A stretch of 64,000 nt of DNA from Minisyncoccota bacterium (GCA_041666915.1 JBAYFZ010000001.1:137086-201085); one strand, 5' to 3'; positions 21,638-32,002 are shown, counted from the first letter of the stretch. Translations and numbers: made by a program. Notes: generated by a model not told the origin, from the letters alone.

Positions 21638-22294
21638 CTATGAAGAAAATCTCTTTTTATCAGCTGGGAAAAGTTGTAAAGCAATATGATATATAGCGTA
21701 GGTGATGAAGAAGGCAGAAAGTACGTCTATGGAGTAATGTAAATGACCAAGTAAAACTATTATTCCAAAAAATACGGAAGAGATTATGCAAAATACCCTC
21801 AAACGGAAATTATCCCAAAAAATGAGAGCGCTCAAGAAGGGTAGACCTGTATGACCAGAGAAAAACAAGTCTCCACCAGAACTAAATATGTAAAAATCTA
21901 GGTTTTTGAAAAGATTGAAAGAATCCATGTCTATACGATCTGGAAATGGCCCTATGTGTGTCAGTGACATGAATACAGATCTAACTACTGTAAATAAAGC
22001 TATACTTTTTAGCCAGAAAGGTAGTTTTTTGGGATTTAAAGCACAGTATATACAAAGAATAACCCAGAATATGATAGGTGCGTAGATAAAAAGTTCGTCT
22101 ACGTTTACTACTGGAATGTTTGATAGGATTATGTCGTTTACGAAATTGCTAGCTTTATTTGTTGCAAAAGTCCCAGCAGAAATATTAATCATCAAACTTC
22201 CAAATAGTAATAAGAAAGCTATGATTAATGAAGTGACATACTCCTTATCTCTGAAATGTGTCAGGTATTCTTGAACCAAAGTTCTTTTTTCCAT
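21638..22294 (-). CDS. PAP2-superfamily (sphingomyelin synthase/AUR1-like) membrane protein
   Basis: DLFFSGHTG and HYSIDV motifs; about 6 TM segments. Confidence 0.82.
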   Translation of the reverse strand: MEKRTLVQEYLTHFRDKEYVTSLIIAFLLLFGSLMINISAGTFATNKASNFVNDIILSNIPVVNVDELFIYAPIIFWVILCIYCALNPKKLPFWLKSIALFTVVRSVFMSLTHIGPFPDRIDMDSFNLFKNLDFYIFSSGGDLFFSGHTGLPFLSALIFWDNFRLRVFCIISSVFFGIIVLLGHLHYSIDVLSAFFITYAIYHIALQLFPADKKRFSS

Positions 22295-22397
22295 ATTGAA
22301 GTTTATTGTAACTCGGATGTCAGAAAATGTCACTACGGAAGCGAGGCTTCTGTAAAAATTTTGCTCTTTTGCTCATTTGTGCAATAATAGCACCACT

Positions 22398-23612
22398 ATG
22401 AATATGGAAAATAAGAAACTTATTTATGTGCTTATTGGCTTGCCAGCAGTTATCCTCGCTTTCTTTATAGGTATCTATATCGGAGAAGGTCGCAATTCTC
22501 TTCCTTCTGGTTCAAATCCTGATATGGCCGAAATAGCTAGTTCAAATGAATTCGCTTCGTTTTGGAAAGTCTGGAAAATTCTTGATGAAAAGTATGTCAC
22601 TGCCGGAAGTACTACCCCTCAGACAAAGATATACGGAGCTATTCAAGGTTTAGCATCCTCTTATGGTGATCCTTATACAGTCTTTTTTCCACCAGTGGAG
22701 TCACAGATGTTTAAAGATGATATAAAGGGTGATTTTGGTGGCGTTGGTATGGAGATTGGATTGAAAGACAAACAACTTTTGGTAGTTTCTCCTATAAAAG
22801 ATAGTCCAGCAGAAAAAGCGGGTGTTAAGGTTGGTGATTTTATACTTTCTATAAACGGGACTTCTACGGTTGGTATGGGTACAGATCAAGCAGTCAAACT
22901 GATTCGTGGTCCAAAGGGTACAGAAGTAAGCATTTCATTTTTACCAACTGGTGCTTCAAAACCAATTACCAGAAAGATTGTTCGCGATACTATCAAAATT
23001 CCTACTATAGATACTAGTACAAAACCGGGTGGAATATCAGTTATCTCGCTCTATAGTTTTACTGCTCAATCTCCAGACTTATTCCGCAATGCGCTCAGGG
23101 AATTTATTGCTTCTGGCAATCACAAACTCATTTTGGATTTGAGACGTAACCCAGGTGGATATCTAGATGCAGCTTGGGATATGGCGTCATATTTTCTTCC
23201 AGCAGGGAAGGTTATAGTAACCGAAGATTTTGGAGGTAACAATCAGCCGAATGTCTTTAGAAGTAAGGGTTACAATGTATTTGGTGGTAAGAATTTCTCA
23301 ATGTTGATACTTGTAGATAATGGCTCGGCTTCTGCCGCTGAGATCTTGGCTGGAGCCCTAAAGGAGCATGGTGTAGCCAAGTTGGTTGGTGTTAAAACCT
23401 TCGGTAAAGGTTCAGTACAAGAATTGGTAAATATTACCTCAGACACATCGCTGAAGGTCACCATTGCCCGTTGGCTCACTCCAAAAGGTCACAACCTATC
23501 ACATGATGGCTTGGAGCCAGATTATAAGGTAGAAATCACTGAAAAGGACGCAGCCGCCAAGAAGGATAGTCAGATGGAGAAAGCTGTGCAATTATTACAA
23601 GCATTACCATAA
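22398..23612 (+). CDS. S41A carboxyl-terminal processing protease
   Basis: DPYT, GVGMEI PDZ, LDLRRNPGG, SASAAEI, TFGKGSVQ. Confidence 0.94.
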   Translation: MNMENKKLIYVLIGLPAVILAFFIGIYIGEGRNSLPSGSNPDMAEIASSNEFASFWKVWKILDEKYVTAGSTTPQTKIYGAIQGLASSYGDPYTVFFPPVESQMFKDDIKGDFGGVGMEIGLKDKQLLVVSPIKDSPAEKAGVKVGDFILSINGTSTVGMGTDQAVKLIRGPKGTEVSISFLPTGASKPITRKIVRDTIKIPTIDTSTKPGGISVISLYSFTAQSPDLFRNALREFIASGNHKLILDLRRNPGGYLDAAWDMASYFLPAGKVIVTEDFGGNNQPNVFRSKGYNVFGGKNFSMLILVDNGSASAAEILAGALKEHGVAKLVGVKTFGKGSVQELVNITSDTSLKVTIARWLTPKGHNLSHDGLEPDYKVEITEKDAAAKKDSQMEKAVQLLQALP

Positions 23613-23622
23613 AGATAAAATT

Positions 23623-24060
23623 ATGAAAATCATTTTACTGAAAGATGTCGCCAAGTTAGGAAGGAGGTTTGATACCAAAGAAGTTAGTAGTGGTCACGCT
23701 TTGAATTTACTCATTCCACAGGGCTTAGCTATCGTAGCTACTCCTGAAGCGGTCAAAAAGAATGATGTAGAGCGGGCAAAGGCAGAAGGAGAGAGAAAAG
23801 TACATGCTGATTTATTGGTTAAAAATATAAAAGATTTGGATGGTGTAACCTTGACTATTGTTGGCAAGGCAAATGAAAAAGGTCACTTATTTGCAGGTAT
23901 TCACAAAGAAGCTATTGTTGCAGAATTACAAAAGCAAACAGAACTTCAGATTGACCCTTCTTTTATTGAATTAGATCAGCCGTTGAAAACTGTTGGTGAA
24001 CATATGATTAAAGTTAATGGGGGAGGCAAGTCCGTTACATTTAAAGTCGTCATCGCTTAG
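23623..24060 (+). CDS. rplI: 50S ribosomal protein L9
   Basis: MKIILLKDVAKLG..V..GHALNLLIPQGLA; GHLFAGI. Confidence 0.94.
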   Translation: MKIILLKDVAKLGRRFDTKEVSSGHALNLLIPQGLAIVATPEAVKKNDVERAKAEGERKVHADLLVKNIKDLDGVTLTIVGKANEKGHLFAGIHKEAIVAELQKQTELQIDPSFIELDQPLKTVGEHMIKVNGGGKSVTFKVVIA

Positions 24061-24139
24061 TCTTGGATTGTGAATATAAGTTTAGTAACAAAAAATGGAA
24101 GATAGACTTCCATTTTTTGTTTATAAGATTTTTGATGTA

Positions 24140-24412
24140 TTAGATAACGTGGACAATCTTTTTTCTATCGATATCGTTGTTGAAACTAGTCTTGCGCTTT
24201 GAACCAAATTCAACCTTACCTTCTTTGAGAGCGAAGAGAGTATCGTCTTTGCCGATGCCTACATTTCTACCAGGAAGAACTGTAGTACCACGTTGGCGGA
24301 CAATGATCTGTCCTGTGGTGATATGTTGGCCATGGTTAATCTTGACCCCAAGATGTTGTGGATTTGAATCGCGACCGTTTTTGGTTGTACCTGCTGCTTT
24401 CTTATGTGCCAT
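24140..24412 (-). CDS. rpmA: 50S ribosomal protein L27
   Basis: [38 protein letters not shown]. Confidence 0.97.
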   Translation of the reverse strand: MAHKKAAGTTKNGRDSNPQHLGVKINHGQHITTGQIIVRQRGTTVLPGRNVGIGKDDTLFALKEGKVEFGSKRKTSFNNDIDRKKIVHVI

Positions 24413-24500
24413 ATTAGTGTTTTATTTGAAATTGTTTAACTCGGTGAGTCTAACATAGAAAAGGCTTGTAATGCAAGGAAAGTAGGGAAGATGGGATTTA

Positions 24501-24576
24501 AATAATCAATAACCAAACACCAATAACCAAAAAGACCGTATTTACTTGATTATTGGATCTTGATTATTGATTATTC
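24501..24576. repeat. Inverted pair of heptamer arrays (AATAACC/AATAATC family)
   Basis: aataatcaataaccaaacaccaataaccaa ... ttgattattggatcttgattattgattatt. Confidence 0.7.
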
Positions 24577-24738
24577 CCCTTAAACGGCTCTAAATAAGGG
24601 TATTTTGTATGTAAAATACGGCTCTGTTGAGCCATATTACGGTATTAAAGGTCTTGACATTGAGACCTGAAGGTGCTAAACTTGTAGTACAAGAGAGCCT
24701 AGTAGTCATCATTGATTATAAAGCTCCCTTTTTAATTT

Positions 24739-25221
24739 ATGACTGAACTTACAACGGGTGTTTTGTTTCTTATGTCTTCATTGTATGGTTCCGGACAAGC
24801 AGACAATCACGTAGCAAATATTGCTACTGACCACGCTAATTCTGAACAGGAAGCAGTGATGACTACTTCAACAGAAGGACAGATCTTCACAACTACAGAT
24901 CCAAAGGAAATGGAAAAGTATCTTCGCCAAGAATATGCTCTAAGTCCTATCCTAGTTGATATTGCCCGTTGCGAGTCTAACTTCAGACAGTTTGATAAGG
25001 ACGGTAATGTCATTCGTGGAATAGTTGATAAGGCAGATATTGGAGTTATGCAAATTAACGAAAGATATCATGCCGAGACTGCAGTTAAACTTGGAATGGA
25101 TATTCATACCATTCAAGGTAACATTGCTTACGCCAAGCATCTTTATGAGGAACAAGGTTTGAAACCTTGGTCAGCTTCAAAGAAGTGTTGGTCAGTAGGG
25201 AATGCTGTGGCTCTGAAGTAA
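24739..25221 (+). CDS. Lysozyme-like/lytic transglycosylase domain protein
   Basis: IARCES, GVMQIN, N..YA..LY, PWSASKKCW; TTGACA-17-TAAACT promoter at about 24654-24682. Confidence 0.85.
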   Translation: MTELTTGVLFLMSSLYGSGQADNHVANIATDHANSEQEAVMTTSTEGQIFTTTDPKEMEKYLRQEYALSPILVDIARCESNFRQFDKDGNVIRGIVDKADIGVMQINERYHAETAVKLGMDIHTIQGNIAYAKHLYEEQGLKPWSASKKCWSVGNAVALK

Positions 25222-25303
25222 AAATTAGAAATTCTATATACAAAAAATCCCCATCGTTATGGTGGGGATTTTTTGGTGGTAAATTATGTGATAAAATACG
25301 AAT

Positions 25304-25678
25304 ATGAAAATAGTATTAGGGTGTAGTATGAAATATCGAGATTTAGTCCGAGATACTATCTCAAAATTAGGAGCTCTTGGTTTAGAACCAATTTTTCCAA
25401 ATATTGATTACAGTACGGATAATAAAGATGATGCTAATACTATTGAGGGAAATAAAAAGCTTGCCACAGAACATTATGACGCTATAAATAATGCAGATGT
25501 AGTTTATTTTATTACACCTAAGGGTTATATGGGGACGAGCTGTAAACTTGAGCTCGGGTATGCCCTAGCAAAAGGGAAGCCTATTTATTTTTCGGAGCCG
25601 ACTAATGATATAAGTTTAGATTGTTATGTAATCAAATTTATTCCAGTTGAAAGTCTTGAACTTTTCTTGAAAATTTAG
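25304..25678 (+). CDS. Nucleoside 2-deoxyribosyltransferase-like protein
   Basis: INNADVVY..GYMGTSCKLELGYALAKGKPIY. Confidence 0.7.
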   Translation: MKIVLGCSMKYRDLVRDTISKLGALGLEPIFPNIDYSTDNKDDANTIEGNKKLATEHYDAINNADVVYFITPKGYMGTSCKLELGYALAKGKPIYFSEPTNDISLDCYVIKFIPVESLELFLKI

Positions 25679-26008
25679 TTAATAAAAAAACTCTCAAGCT
25701 TAAAAAGTCTGGGAGTTTTTTATTGTATCTGGTTAATAGGGTAGACCTTATGAGTTGTTACGAATGTCGGCCCTCTCTGTAAACGAGAGGGCACTCGTTG
25801 TTTCCTAACTCGCGCTAATCGCGCTCCTAAGGAAACAATGTCGCACAATATATGTTTTACGCACTACCTATATAAAATAAAGACGGCTTGAAGCGCTGAA
25901 TAGTCCCCTGCTGGTAATAAAAAAAGCGACCGGACGATAGATTGGTCGCTTAAATATTTATTGTAATCTTTTCTGTAAAAGTTTTTGAAAATAAATTTCA
26001 CTCACCTG

Positions 26009-26278
26009 TTAACCTTGCTTACTCAAATTGTTCATTATTGGATTCCAGACAAAAGGAATAAAAAATGTGTTCCAGACGTACATTACTGGTCCACTTAGAT
26101 AATGATCCCAGATACCTATGACAAAGGACTTCAGGAAGGCCCAATTGTCCACGAAGGTTGGAGAGCTGACTATAGAGCGGATGTTGAAGCCGAAGTAAGC
26201 CAATAGGATGAGTATAGCTAAGATGAGCAAAATCATTTTTATAAGTCCCCCGTTCGTCTTAATTTTTTTGGAAGTCAT
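26009..26278 (-). CDS. Small membrane protein
   Basis: GGLIKMILLILAILILLAYFGFN hydrophobic N-terminus. Confidence 0.7.
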   Translation of the reverse strand: MTSKKIKTNGGLIKMILLILAILILLAYFGFNIRSIVSSPTFVDNWAFLKSFVIGIWDHYLSGPVMYVWNTFFIPFVWNPIMNNLSKQG

Positions 26279-26336
26279 AATATTGAAATAATTTTAACAT
26301 ATTTTTATCTTACGGAAGCCTCGCTTCCGGAAAATT

Positions 26337-27629
26337 TTATAGATATGAAAGTGGGTTTAGGTAGGCTTTATAATCAGCCGTTGGAATGACAACTCCTCGG
26401 CAGTTTACACTATTATCAAAACGTTTGATTTGGACTCCTTCAGTAGCATAGACACCGAAATGTAAATGTGGTCCAGTGGAGTAACCGGTATTACCACTAT
26501 AACCTAGCATATCTCCGGTACTGACTGTCTGCCCTTTTATTACATTTTGAAGTGAAAGGTGGGCGTATAGAGTGGAAAGTCCGTTGGCATGTTTTATCAT
26601 TACCCATTTACCGTAAGAGTAACAACTTCGGACGATGTCTGTATCCCCTACACCGATTATTGTTCCAGAAAGAGCGGCTTTGACTGGTGTACCTATTGAG
26701 GCACGAAAATCTATTCCTGTATGACCGCGACCATTGTAAACTTGGGGGTTGGCTGTTGCGAAAGGAGTGTTGCCAAAATATTGAGTTACAGTGATTTTAT
26801 CTAATGGCCAAGAAAGAACACCTGAACCCGTATGAGGGATAAGGTTTGGGTGTATCAGGAGGTTGAGTTGCGATTCGTAACTATTTATCTCTTGTTGAAA
26901 GGCTGCTTCTTGTGCTTTTTTTTGAGCTAAAATCTTTTTGTAATTGGCTTCTGATTGGCTGGTTTCCTTCAATAGAGCCGTCTGTTCAGCGGATGTAGAA
27001 AGGACCAGAGCACGCTGGTCACTGAGCTGATTGTTAAGTTTAACTAATTCAGCCTTGGCTTTTTCGCTAGCCTTTTTATTTGTCTCAAGATTGGCTTTGT
27101 CTTGACTGAGCTCTTTGATACGATCATATAGGCCTTGTTGCAAGATATTTAATTGCTCAAATGAATCTATAGTCTGCGAGACGGATCTACTACTCAAGAT
27201 TAGTTCTGGTAAAGACTGGCTCCCCGATTCATTTATAGTAGAAAAAGTTTTGGCTATGATGCGCTGATTGTCACTGATATTACTTTCTTTGCCGGTAATC
27301 TGTGAACCAAGTCTTTGGATTTCATAATTTTTGGAAGCAATCTTATCTTGAGTTAAAGAAATGTTTTTTTCAAGTTTTTTGCGGGTTAATTCTAGGGTCT
27401 TTATCGTTGATACAAGAGAAACCGTTTGTGTTGAAAGAGCATCAATCTGTTTTTGATAGCTCGCAATCTCCTTTTCTAGGTTAGCTATATCAGCATTTCT
27501 CTGGTCAATCTTTGCTTGGATGTCGCTGGCAGTTTGGGCGTGGAGAGAAATGGTAGAGGTAAGAGGTAGGAGGTAAGAGATAAGAAATATAACAATAAGA
27601 AGTAAAGAGGTTTTATGGAATTTAATCAT
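26337..27629 (-). CDS. Coiled-coil M23 peptidoglycan endopeptidase
   Basis: Long coiled coil; HTGIDF, YAHLS, GNTGYSTGPHLHF. Confidence 0.93.
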   Translation of the reverse strand: MIKFHKTSLLLIVIFLISYLLPLTSTISLHAQTASDIQAKIDQRNADIANLEKEIASYQKQIDALSTQTVSLVSTIKTLELTRKKLEKNISLTQDKIASKNYEIQRLGSQITGKESNISDNQRIIAKTFSTINESGSQSLPELILSSRSVSQTIDSFEQLNILQQGLYDRIKELSQDKANLETNKKASEKAKAELVKLNNQLSDQRALVLSTSAEQTALLKETSQSEANYKKILAQKKAQEAAFQQEINSYESQLNLLIHPNLIPHTGSGVLSWPLDKITVTQYFGNTPFATANPQVYNGRGHTGIDFRASIGTPVKAALSGTIIGVGDTDIVRSCYSYGKWVMIKHANGLSTLYAHLSLQNVIKGQTVSTGDMLGYSGNTGYSTGPHLHFGVYATEGVQIKRFDNSVNCRGVVIPTADYKAYLNPLSYL

Positions 27630-27678
27630 ATTTTTTACTGATGGGTGAATCTTAACTCTTACCTCTTATCTCTTACCT
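27557..27678. repeat. Inverted pair of AGGTAAG-family heptamer arrays spanning the M23 gene start
   Basis: AGGTAAG AGGTAGG AGGTAAG AGATAAG (27557-27584) and CTTAACT CTTACCT CTTATCT CTTACCT (27651-27678). Confidence 0.8.
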
Positions 27679-27687
27679 CTCTGCCCC

Positions 27688-29037
27688 CTAACCCAACTTC
27701 ATTATCGCCCCATCAATCCTCTTCAAAGTCTCCTCTTTACCCAGAATAAATGCCGAGGTAAAAGGATCTGGTGACTTTTCTTGTCCTGTCAAAGCTACAC
27801 GTAATGGCCAAAGAACATCACCTTTGCCTTTTTCTTCCGCATATCCCCAAAGGGCATTTTTGATGTTTTCAACCGTGAAGTTATTAGGTTTGACCTCGTC
27901 AATTAATTCTCGAACCTTGGTCAAATGTTTACCCGCCTCTTCCCTGCTAGGATTCTTTTTCCAAAGAAGCATGTCAGTTTTGTAATCAGAAATTTCTTTT
28001 ATGAAATTTAATTCACCTCCAAGTTCAAAAAGTTTACTGATCTCGCCAAGAACGGAGATTTTCTCACGCAAGATTGGTTGCAACTTTCCGGCTAGATCCG
28101 ACTTAGCCGAAAGCCATTCTGGTATGAAAGGTTTGGCTATTTCATTGAATTCTTTATCGGATAATTTTGTAATGTATTCTTTGTTGAACCAGTTGAGCTT
28201 TTCTATATCAAATATAGCTCCAGCCTTCTGGACTCTTTCTAGAGAAAATTGTTTGAGGATCTCTTCACGACTGAAAATCTCTTTGTCATCATTTGGATGC
28301 CAACCGAGCATGGCTAGATAATTGACTACTGCTTCTGGTAGATATCCTCTGGAACGATATTCGGTAATAGGTAAAGCACCTTTGCGTTTGGAAAGTTTGG
28401 TTCTGTCTGGTGAAAGTAGTAGTGGAATATGAGCGTACTCAGGGATTGGTAAACCCAAAGCTTCAAAAAGAAGAATATGCCTAGGTGTATTGGAAATATG
28501 ATCTTCACCTCTGACAATATGAGTTATGCCAGATTCTGCATCATCTATGACGACCACGAGATGAAAGACTGGCTCGGTCATACTTCTTGCAATGATAAAA
28601 TCGCCAAGCTCGGTAGTATCAAATTCTATTGGACCACGTATCATATCCACAAATTTAACTTTCTTATTTGGATTTCGGAATCGGATAACTTCACTGCGCA
28701 TTTTGGAGGCTTCTTCGGCAGAAAGACCTTCTCTTGGGGTTTCTTTGGAAATATAAGCTTTACCGGAGTCTATGAGTTTTTGAATGTATTTTTGATATAC
28801 GGCTGTCCTATCAGATTGTCTGCAAAAATCGTCGTATTCCAATCCTAGCCACTTTAAACTATCAATAATATTATCCTCATATTCTTTCTTTGAACGTTCC
28901 TTGTCGGTGTCTTCTATGCGTAGGATGAATTTGCCGTCATTTTGGCGGGCGTAAATGTAAGAGAAAAGAGCAGTTCTATAATTGCCGGCATGTAAATATC
29001 CGGTTGGTGATGGGGCGAAACGGGTGATGATTTTCAT
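27688..29037 (-). CDS. gltX: Glutamate--tRNA ligase
   Basis: TRFAPSPTGYLHAG, LRIEDTD, RGEDH, KLSKR. Confidence 0.96.
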   Translation of the reverse strand: MKIITRFAPSPTGYLHAGNYRTALFSYIYARQNDGKFILRIEDTDKERSKKEYEDNIIDSLKWLGLEYDDFCRQSDRTAVYQKYIQKLIDSGKAYISKETPREGLSAEEASKMRSEVIRFRNPNKKVKFVDMIRGPIEFDTTELGDFIIARSMTEPVFHLVVVIDDAESGITHIVRGEDHISNTPRHILLFEALGLPIPEYAHIPLLLSPDRTKLSKRKGALPITEYRSRGYLPEAVVNYLAMLGWHPNDDKEIFSREEILKQFSLERVQKAGAIFDIEKLNWFNKEYITKLSDKEFNEIAKPFIPEWLSAKSDLAGKLQPILREKISVLGEISKLFELGGELNFIKEISDYKTDMLLWKKNPSREEAGKHLTKVRELIDEVKPNNFTVENIKNALWGYAEEKGKGDVLWPLRVALTGQEKSPDPFTSAFILGKEETLKRIDGAIMKLG

Positions 29038-29058
29038 AGGTTGATTTTAACATGTCAT

Positions 29059-29199
29059 TGTCATTCCCGCGAAGGCTTTTTTGTTGTCATTCCCGCGAAG
29101 GCGGGAATCTAGGATTATTACGAGATAATAGTTTATTATAATTATTTGGAAATAGATTTTGTGGTAATATCCTGGATTCCCGCCTTCGCGGGAATGACA
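29059..29199. repeat. REP/MITE-like element plus a truncated extra arm
   Basis: tgtcattcccgcgaaggc at 29059, full arm at 29085-29111, inverted arm at 29173-29199. Confidence 0.88.
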
Positions 29200-29274
29200 G
29201 CACAAACAAAAACCACTGACTTTCGCCAGTGGTTTTTACTAGTCTCTAATAACTAACCCCTAATCCCTATCTAA

Positions 29275-29781
29275 TTATCCCTTAAGTCCTGCATCTGCTG
29301 AAGATGTAGCTTTGAATACTCTCATGATAACATTACCCTTTGCATCTTTGAGAGGTAGATCTTTTGTAGCGTCAAAAGCTTTGGCACCACTATCTGTATA
29401 GATAACAGCGTAGTAAGTATTACCGTCAACCATTGATTGGGTCAAAGTAATCTTGCCTGGATTGATACCAGCAGCGAAACGAGCTGAACCAATGACTTTG
29501 CCTGGAGTACCTGCATTATCGGCTTGGATCACAACCCAGCTAGGAGATGAAACCTGAACTGTTGAGATGTAGACGATGTTACCAGGAAACTGATCTGACA
29601 TGATGATGCGATTTATTGCACCGATCTGGTCATCTGTAGTGATAGGGGTCTCATCTGTTGTTACAGGAGCTTCTGCACCTCCTTTACCACTGAAAACTTT
29701 GATACCTATGATAATAAGTAAAACAATGACAATTACGGTTACAACCCACTGCCATGTCTTGATTCCACTTTGAGGTTCCAT
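29275..29781 (-). CDS. Membrane-anchored hypothetical protein
   Basis: N-terminal TM segment followed by a beta-rich extracellular domain. Confidence 0.75.
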   Translation of the reverse strand: MEPQSGIKTWQWVVTVIVIVLLIIIGIKVFSGKGGAEAPVTTDETPITTDDQIGAINRIIMSDQFPGNIVYISTVQVSSPSWVVIQADNAGTPGKVIGSARFAAGINPGKITLTQSMVDGNTYYAVIYTDSGAKAFDATKDLPLKDAKGNVIMRVFKATSSADAGLKG

Positions 29782-29846
29782 ATTATTTGTTTAAGAATTA
29801 AAAACTTATAATTACGACTTTATTATTACCCTATAAGCCTAGCATA

Positions 29847-30977
29847 CTATTTCTCGTGTTCCAAGGCTATATCTAGTATAGCGTCAGCTATCACGTTGGC
29901 ACTGTCCAATCTGGCGAAGTTACGGGCTTTTTCACGCATTGCACGATTTATCTCAGGTGAAGTGATTATACGGTTTATCTCTTCTATGAGTATATGAGAA
30001 CTCAGATTGTTTTCTTCAATAATAGAGGCTGCACCAGTTTTTCCATAAGAAAAAGCGTTGGTGGTCTGGTCATGAGATATAGAATGAGGCAGAGGGATGA
30101 TGATAGAAGGTACTCCCCATGCTGCGATTTCAAATATAGTTGACCCAGCTCTAGAGATAACGACGTCGGCCACACCAGATGACATGCGCATAGCCAAATC
30201 ATTCAAATAATCAAAAGGATGATAACGGTATGCGTACTTATTACCTCTCAAAACTTCAGTTGAGGTTAATTTTGTTTCTTCTAGATTGGCACTACCAGTC
30301 TGATGAATAATCTGATAGTTGTTTAGGAGTTCTGGCAGAGCGTCTAACACTACTTCGTTGATACTTTGTGAACCTTGTGAACCTCCAAGAATCAGAATCA
30401 TAGGAGTTCCCTCTTCAAGATCCAAGAATTCTCTAGCACCATTTTTCAGGGGTTGGATAATCTCTTTTCTGATCGGATTGCCTGTAAGAGCGACCCTATC
30501 TTTATGAATAAAGTATTGTTCAGCGTCAGGGAAAGATAGAGCTATACGTTTGGCAAATTTTCCAGACCAAGCATTGACCCTACCCGGCCTACTGTCTGAT
30601 TCGTGAATAACTATAGGAATATTTAATATTTTTCCCGCCAAGAGTGCTGGAAAAGCCCCATAACCGCCTTTGCTAAATATTACATCTGGATATATTGAGT
30701 AAATTTTGAAAAATGCCCATAGACAGCCGTAAGCAGTCTTAAAAAGGTCGGTTATATTTAATATAGAAAAATAACGACGTAGTTTCCCTGCTGGTACGGA
30801 AATAAATTCTATGCCATTCTCAAAAAGAGTCCTAGCGTTGTAAGGATTTGGGGCCATGTAATAGAATTCTGGTTGCAGTATCTTTCCTGATCGTACTTGT
30901 TCCTGAAGAGCTTCGGCAACGGCAATGATTGGATAAAAATGTCCGCCAGTGCCACCTCCTGTAAATAAGATTTTCAT
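29847..30977 (-). CDS. murG: MurG N-acetylglucosaminyltransferase
   Basis: TGGGTGGHFYP, KGGY, HESD, TGNPIR, GGSQGS, SRAG. Confidence 0.96.
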   Translation of the reverse strand: MKILFTGGGTGGHFYPIIAVAEALQEQVRSGKILQPEFYYMAPNPYNARTLFENGIEFISVPAGKLRRYFSILNITDLFKTAYGCLWAFFKIYSIYPDVIFSKGGYGAFPALLAGKILNIPIVIHESDSRPGRVNAWSGKFAKRIALSFPDAEQYFIHKDRVALTGNPIRKEIIQPLKNGAREFLDLEEGTPMILILGGSQGSQSINEVVLDALPELLNNYQIIHQTGSANLEETKLTSTEVLRGNKYAYRYHPFDYLNDLAMRMSSGVADVVISRAGSTIFEIAAWGVPSIIIPLPHSISHDQTTNAFSYGKTGAASIIEENNLSSHILIEEINRIITSPEINRAMREKARNFARLDSANVIADAILDIALEHEK

Positions 30978-31016
30978 GGGATTATTCTAGCATATTCAAG
31001 GTCTACCCTCGAGGTA

Positions 31017-31991
31017 CTATTTTTTCAGTATTACCTTGTGTATCGCTTTATAAATATCTTTTTCTCCTAAACCGTAAAGTTCAAGAAGTTCTTCTGATTG
31101 ACCTGATTGACCAAAAACATCTTTGACGCCAACGAATTCTATAGGAGTTGGAAAATGTGTTGAAAGACATTCCGCAACAGCTGAACCCATACCTCCGTGA
31201 ATCTGATGTTCCTCTACGGTAACTATTGCCCCAGTCTTGTGTGCCAGTTTGATGATTGCTTGTTCGTCTAACGGCTTGATAGTAGAAAGATTCATGACAG
31301 TTACGTCTATACCTTCATTGGTTAGTTTCTTTGCCGTCATGAGGGCTTTGTATAGGATCGGGCCAGTGGCAATGATGCCGACGGAAGCGAGGCTTCCGGA
31401 TTTTGAACCATTCTTTTCGTAAACAATCTGTGCTTTACCAATCTTGAAAATAGCTTCTTCATTTGTAATGACAGGACTTTTTTCGCGTACCAATCTCACA
31501 TATGTTGGATCATTAGTTTTGGCAATTTCAATGATAGTTTTCTTAGCTTCAATAGCATCGCAAGGGCTCACAACAACCATTCTTGGAAGCGATCTCATGA
31601 GAGCTATGTCTTCTAGAGCTTGATGACTTCCACCATCTGGACCGACATTCAAACCAGCGTGAGTGCCGATGATCTTCACTGGAAGATTGTTGTAACAGAT
31701 AGTTGTGCGGATCTGTTCCCAATTTCTACCGGGACTAAAAACTGCATATGATGCCATGAATGGGATCTTGCCCATGCTAGCCATGCCGGAAGCTACAGTT
31801 GCTAGATTTTGTTCGGCTACACCAACTTCTATGTATCTTTCAGGAAACTTTTGTTTGAAAGGTAACATGCCGGTTGATTCGGCTAGATCTGCACAGAGAC
31901 CTACTACTTGGGCATTTGCTTCACCAGCTATAACTAGGCCTTCACCGAAGCCTGCGCGCATAGAAGCTAGTTTTTTATTGTCATTTTGCAT
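31017..31991 (-). CDS. Transketolase C-terminal subunit
   Basis: ADLAEST, VGVAEQN, GPDGGSHQALEDIA, TVEEHQ..GGMGSAV; start moved to MQNDN. Confidence 0.94.
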   Translation of the reverse strand: MQNDNKKLASMRAGFGEGLVIAGEANAQVVGLCADLAESTGMLPFKQKFPERYIEVGVAEQNLATVASGMASMGKIPFMASYAVFSPGRNWEQIRTTICYNNLPVKIIGTHAGLNVGPDGGSHQALEDIALMRSLPRMVVVSPCDAIEAKKTIIEIAKTNDPTYVRLVREKSPVITNEEAIFKIGKAQIVYEKNGSKSGSLASVGIIATGPILYKALMTAKKLTNEGIDVTVMNLSTIKPLDEQAIIKLAHKTGAIVTVEEHQIHGGMGSAVAECLSTHFPTPIEFVGVKDVFGQSGQSEELLELYGLGEKDIYKAIHKVILKK

Positions 31992-32002
31992 AATGTTTTG
32001 TT

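Noticed and set aside
25720-25950. RNase P RNA or tmRNA
   Set aside because: No GAGGAAAGTCC motif and no tRNA-like ends recognised; kept only as an unclassified candidate
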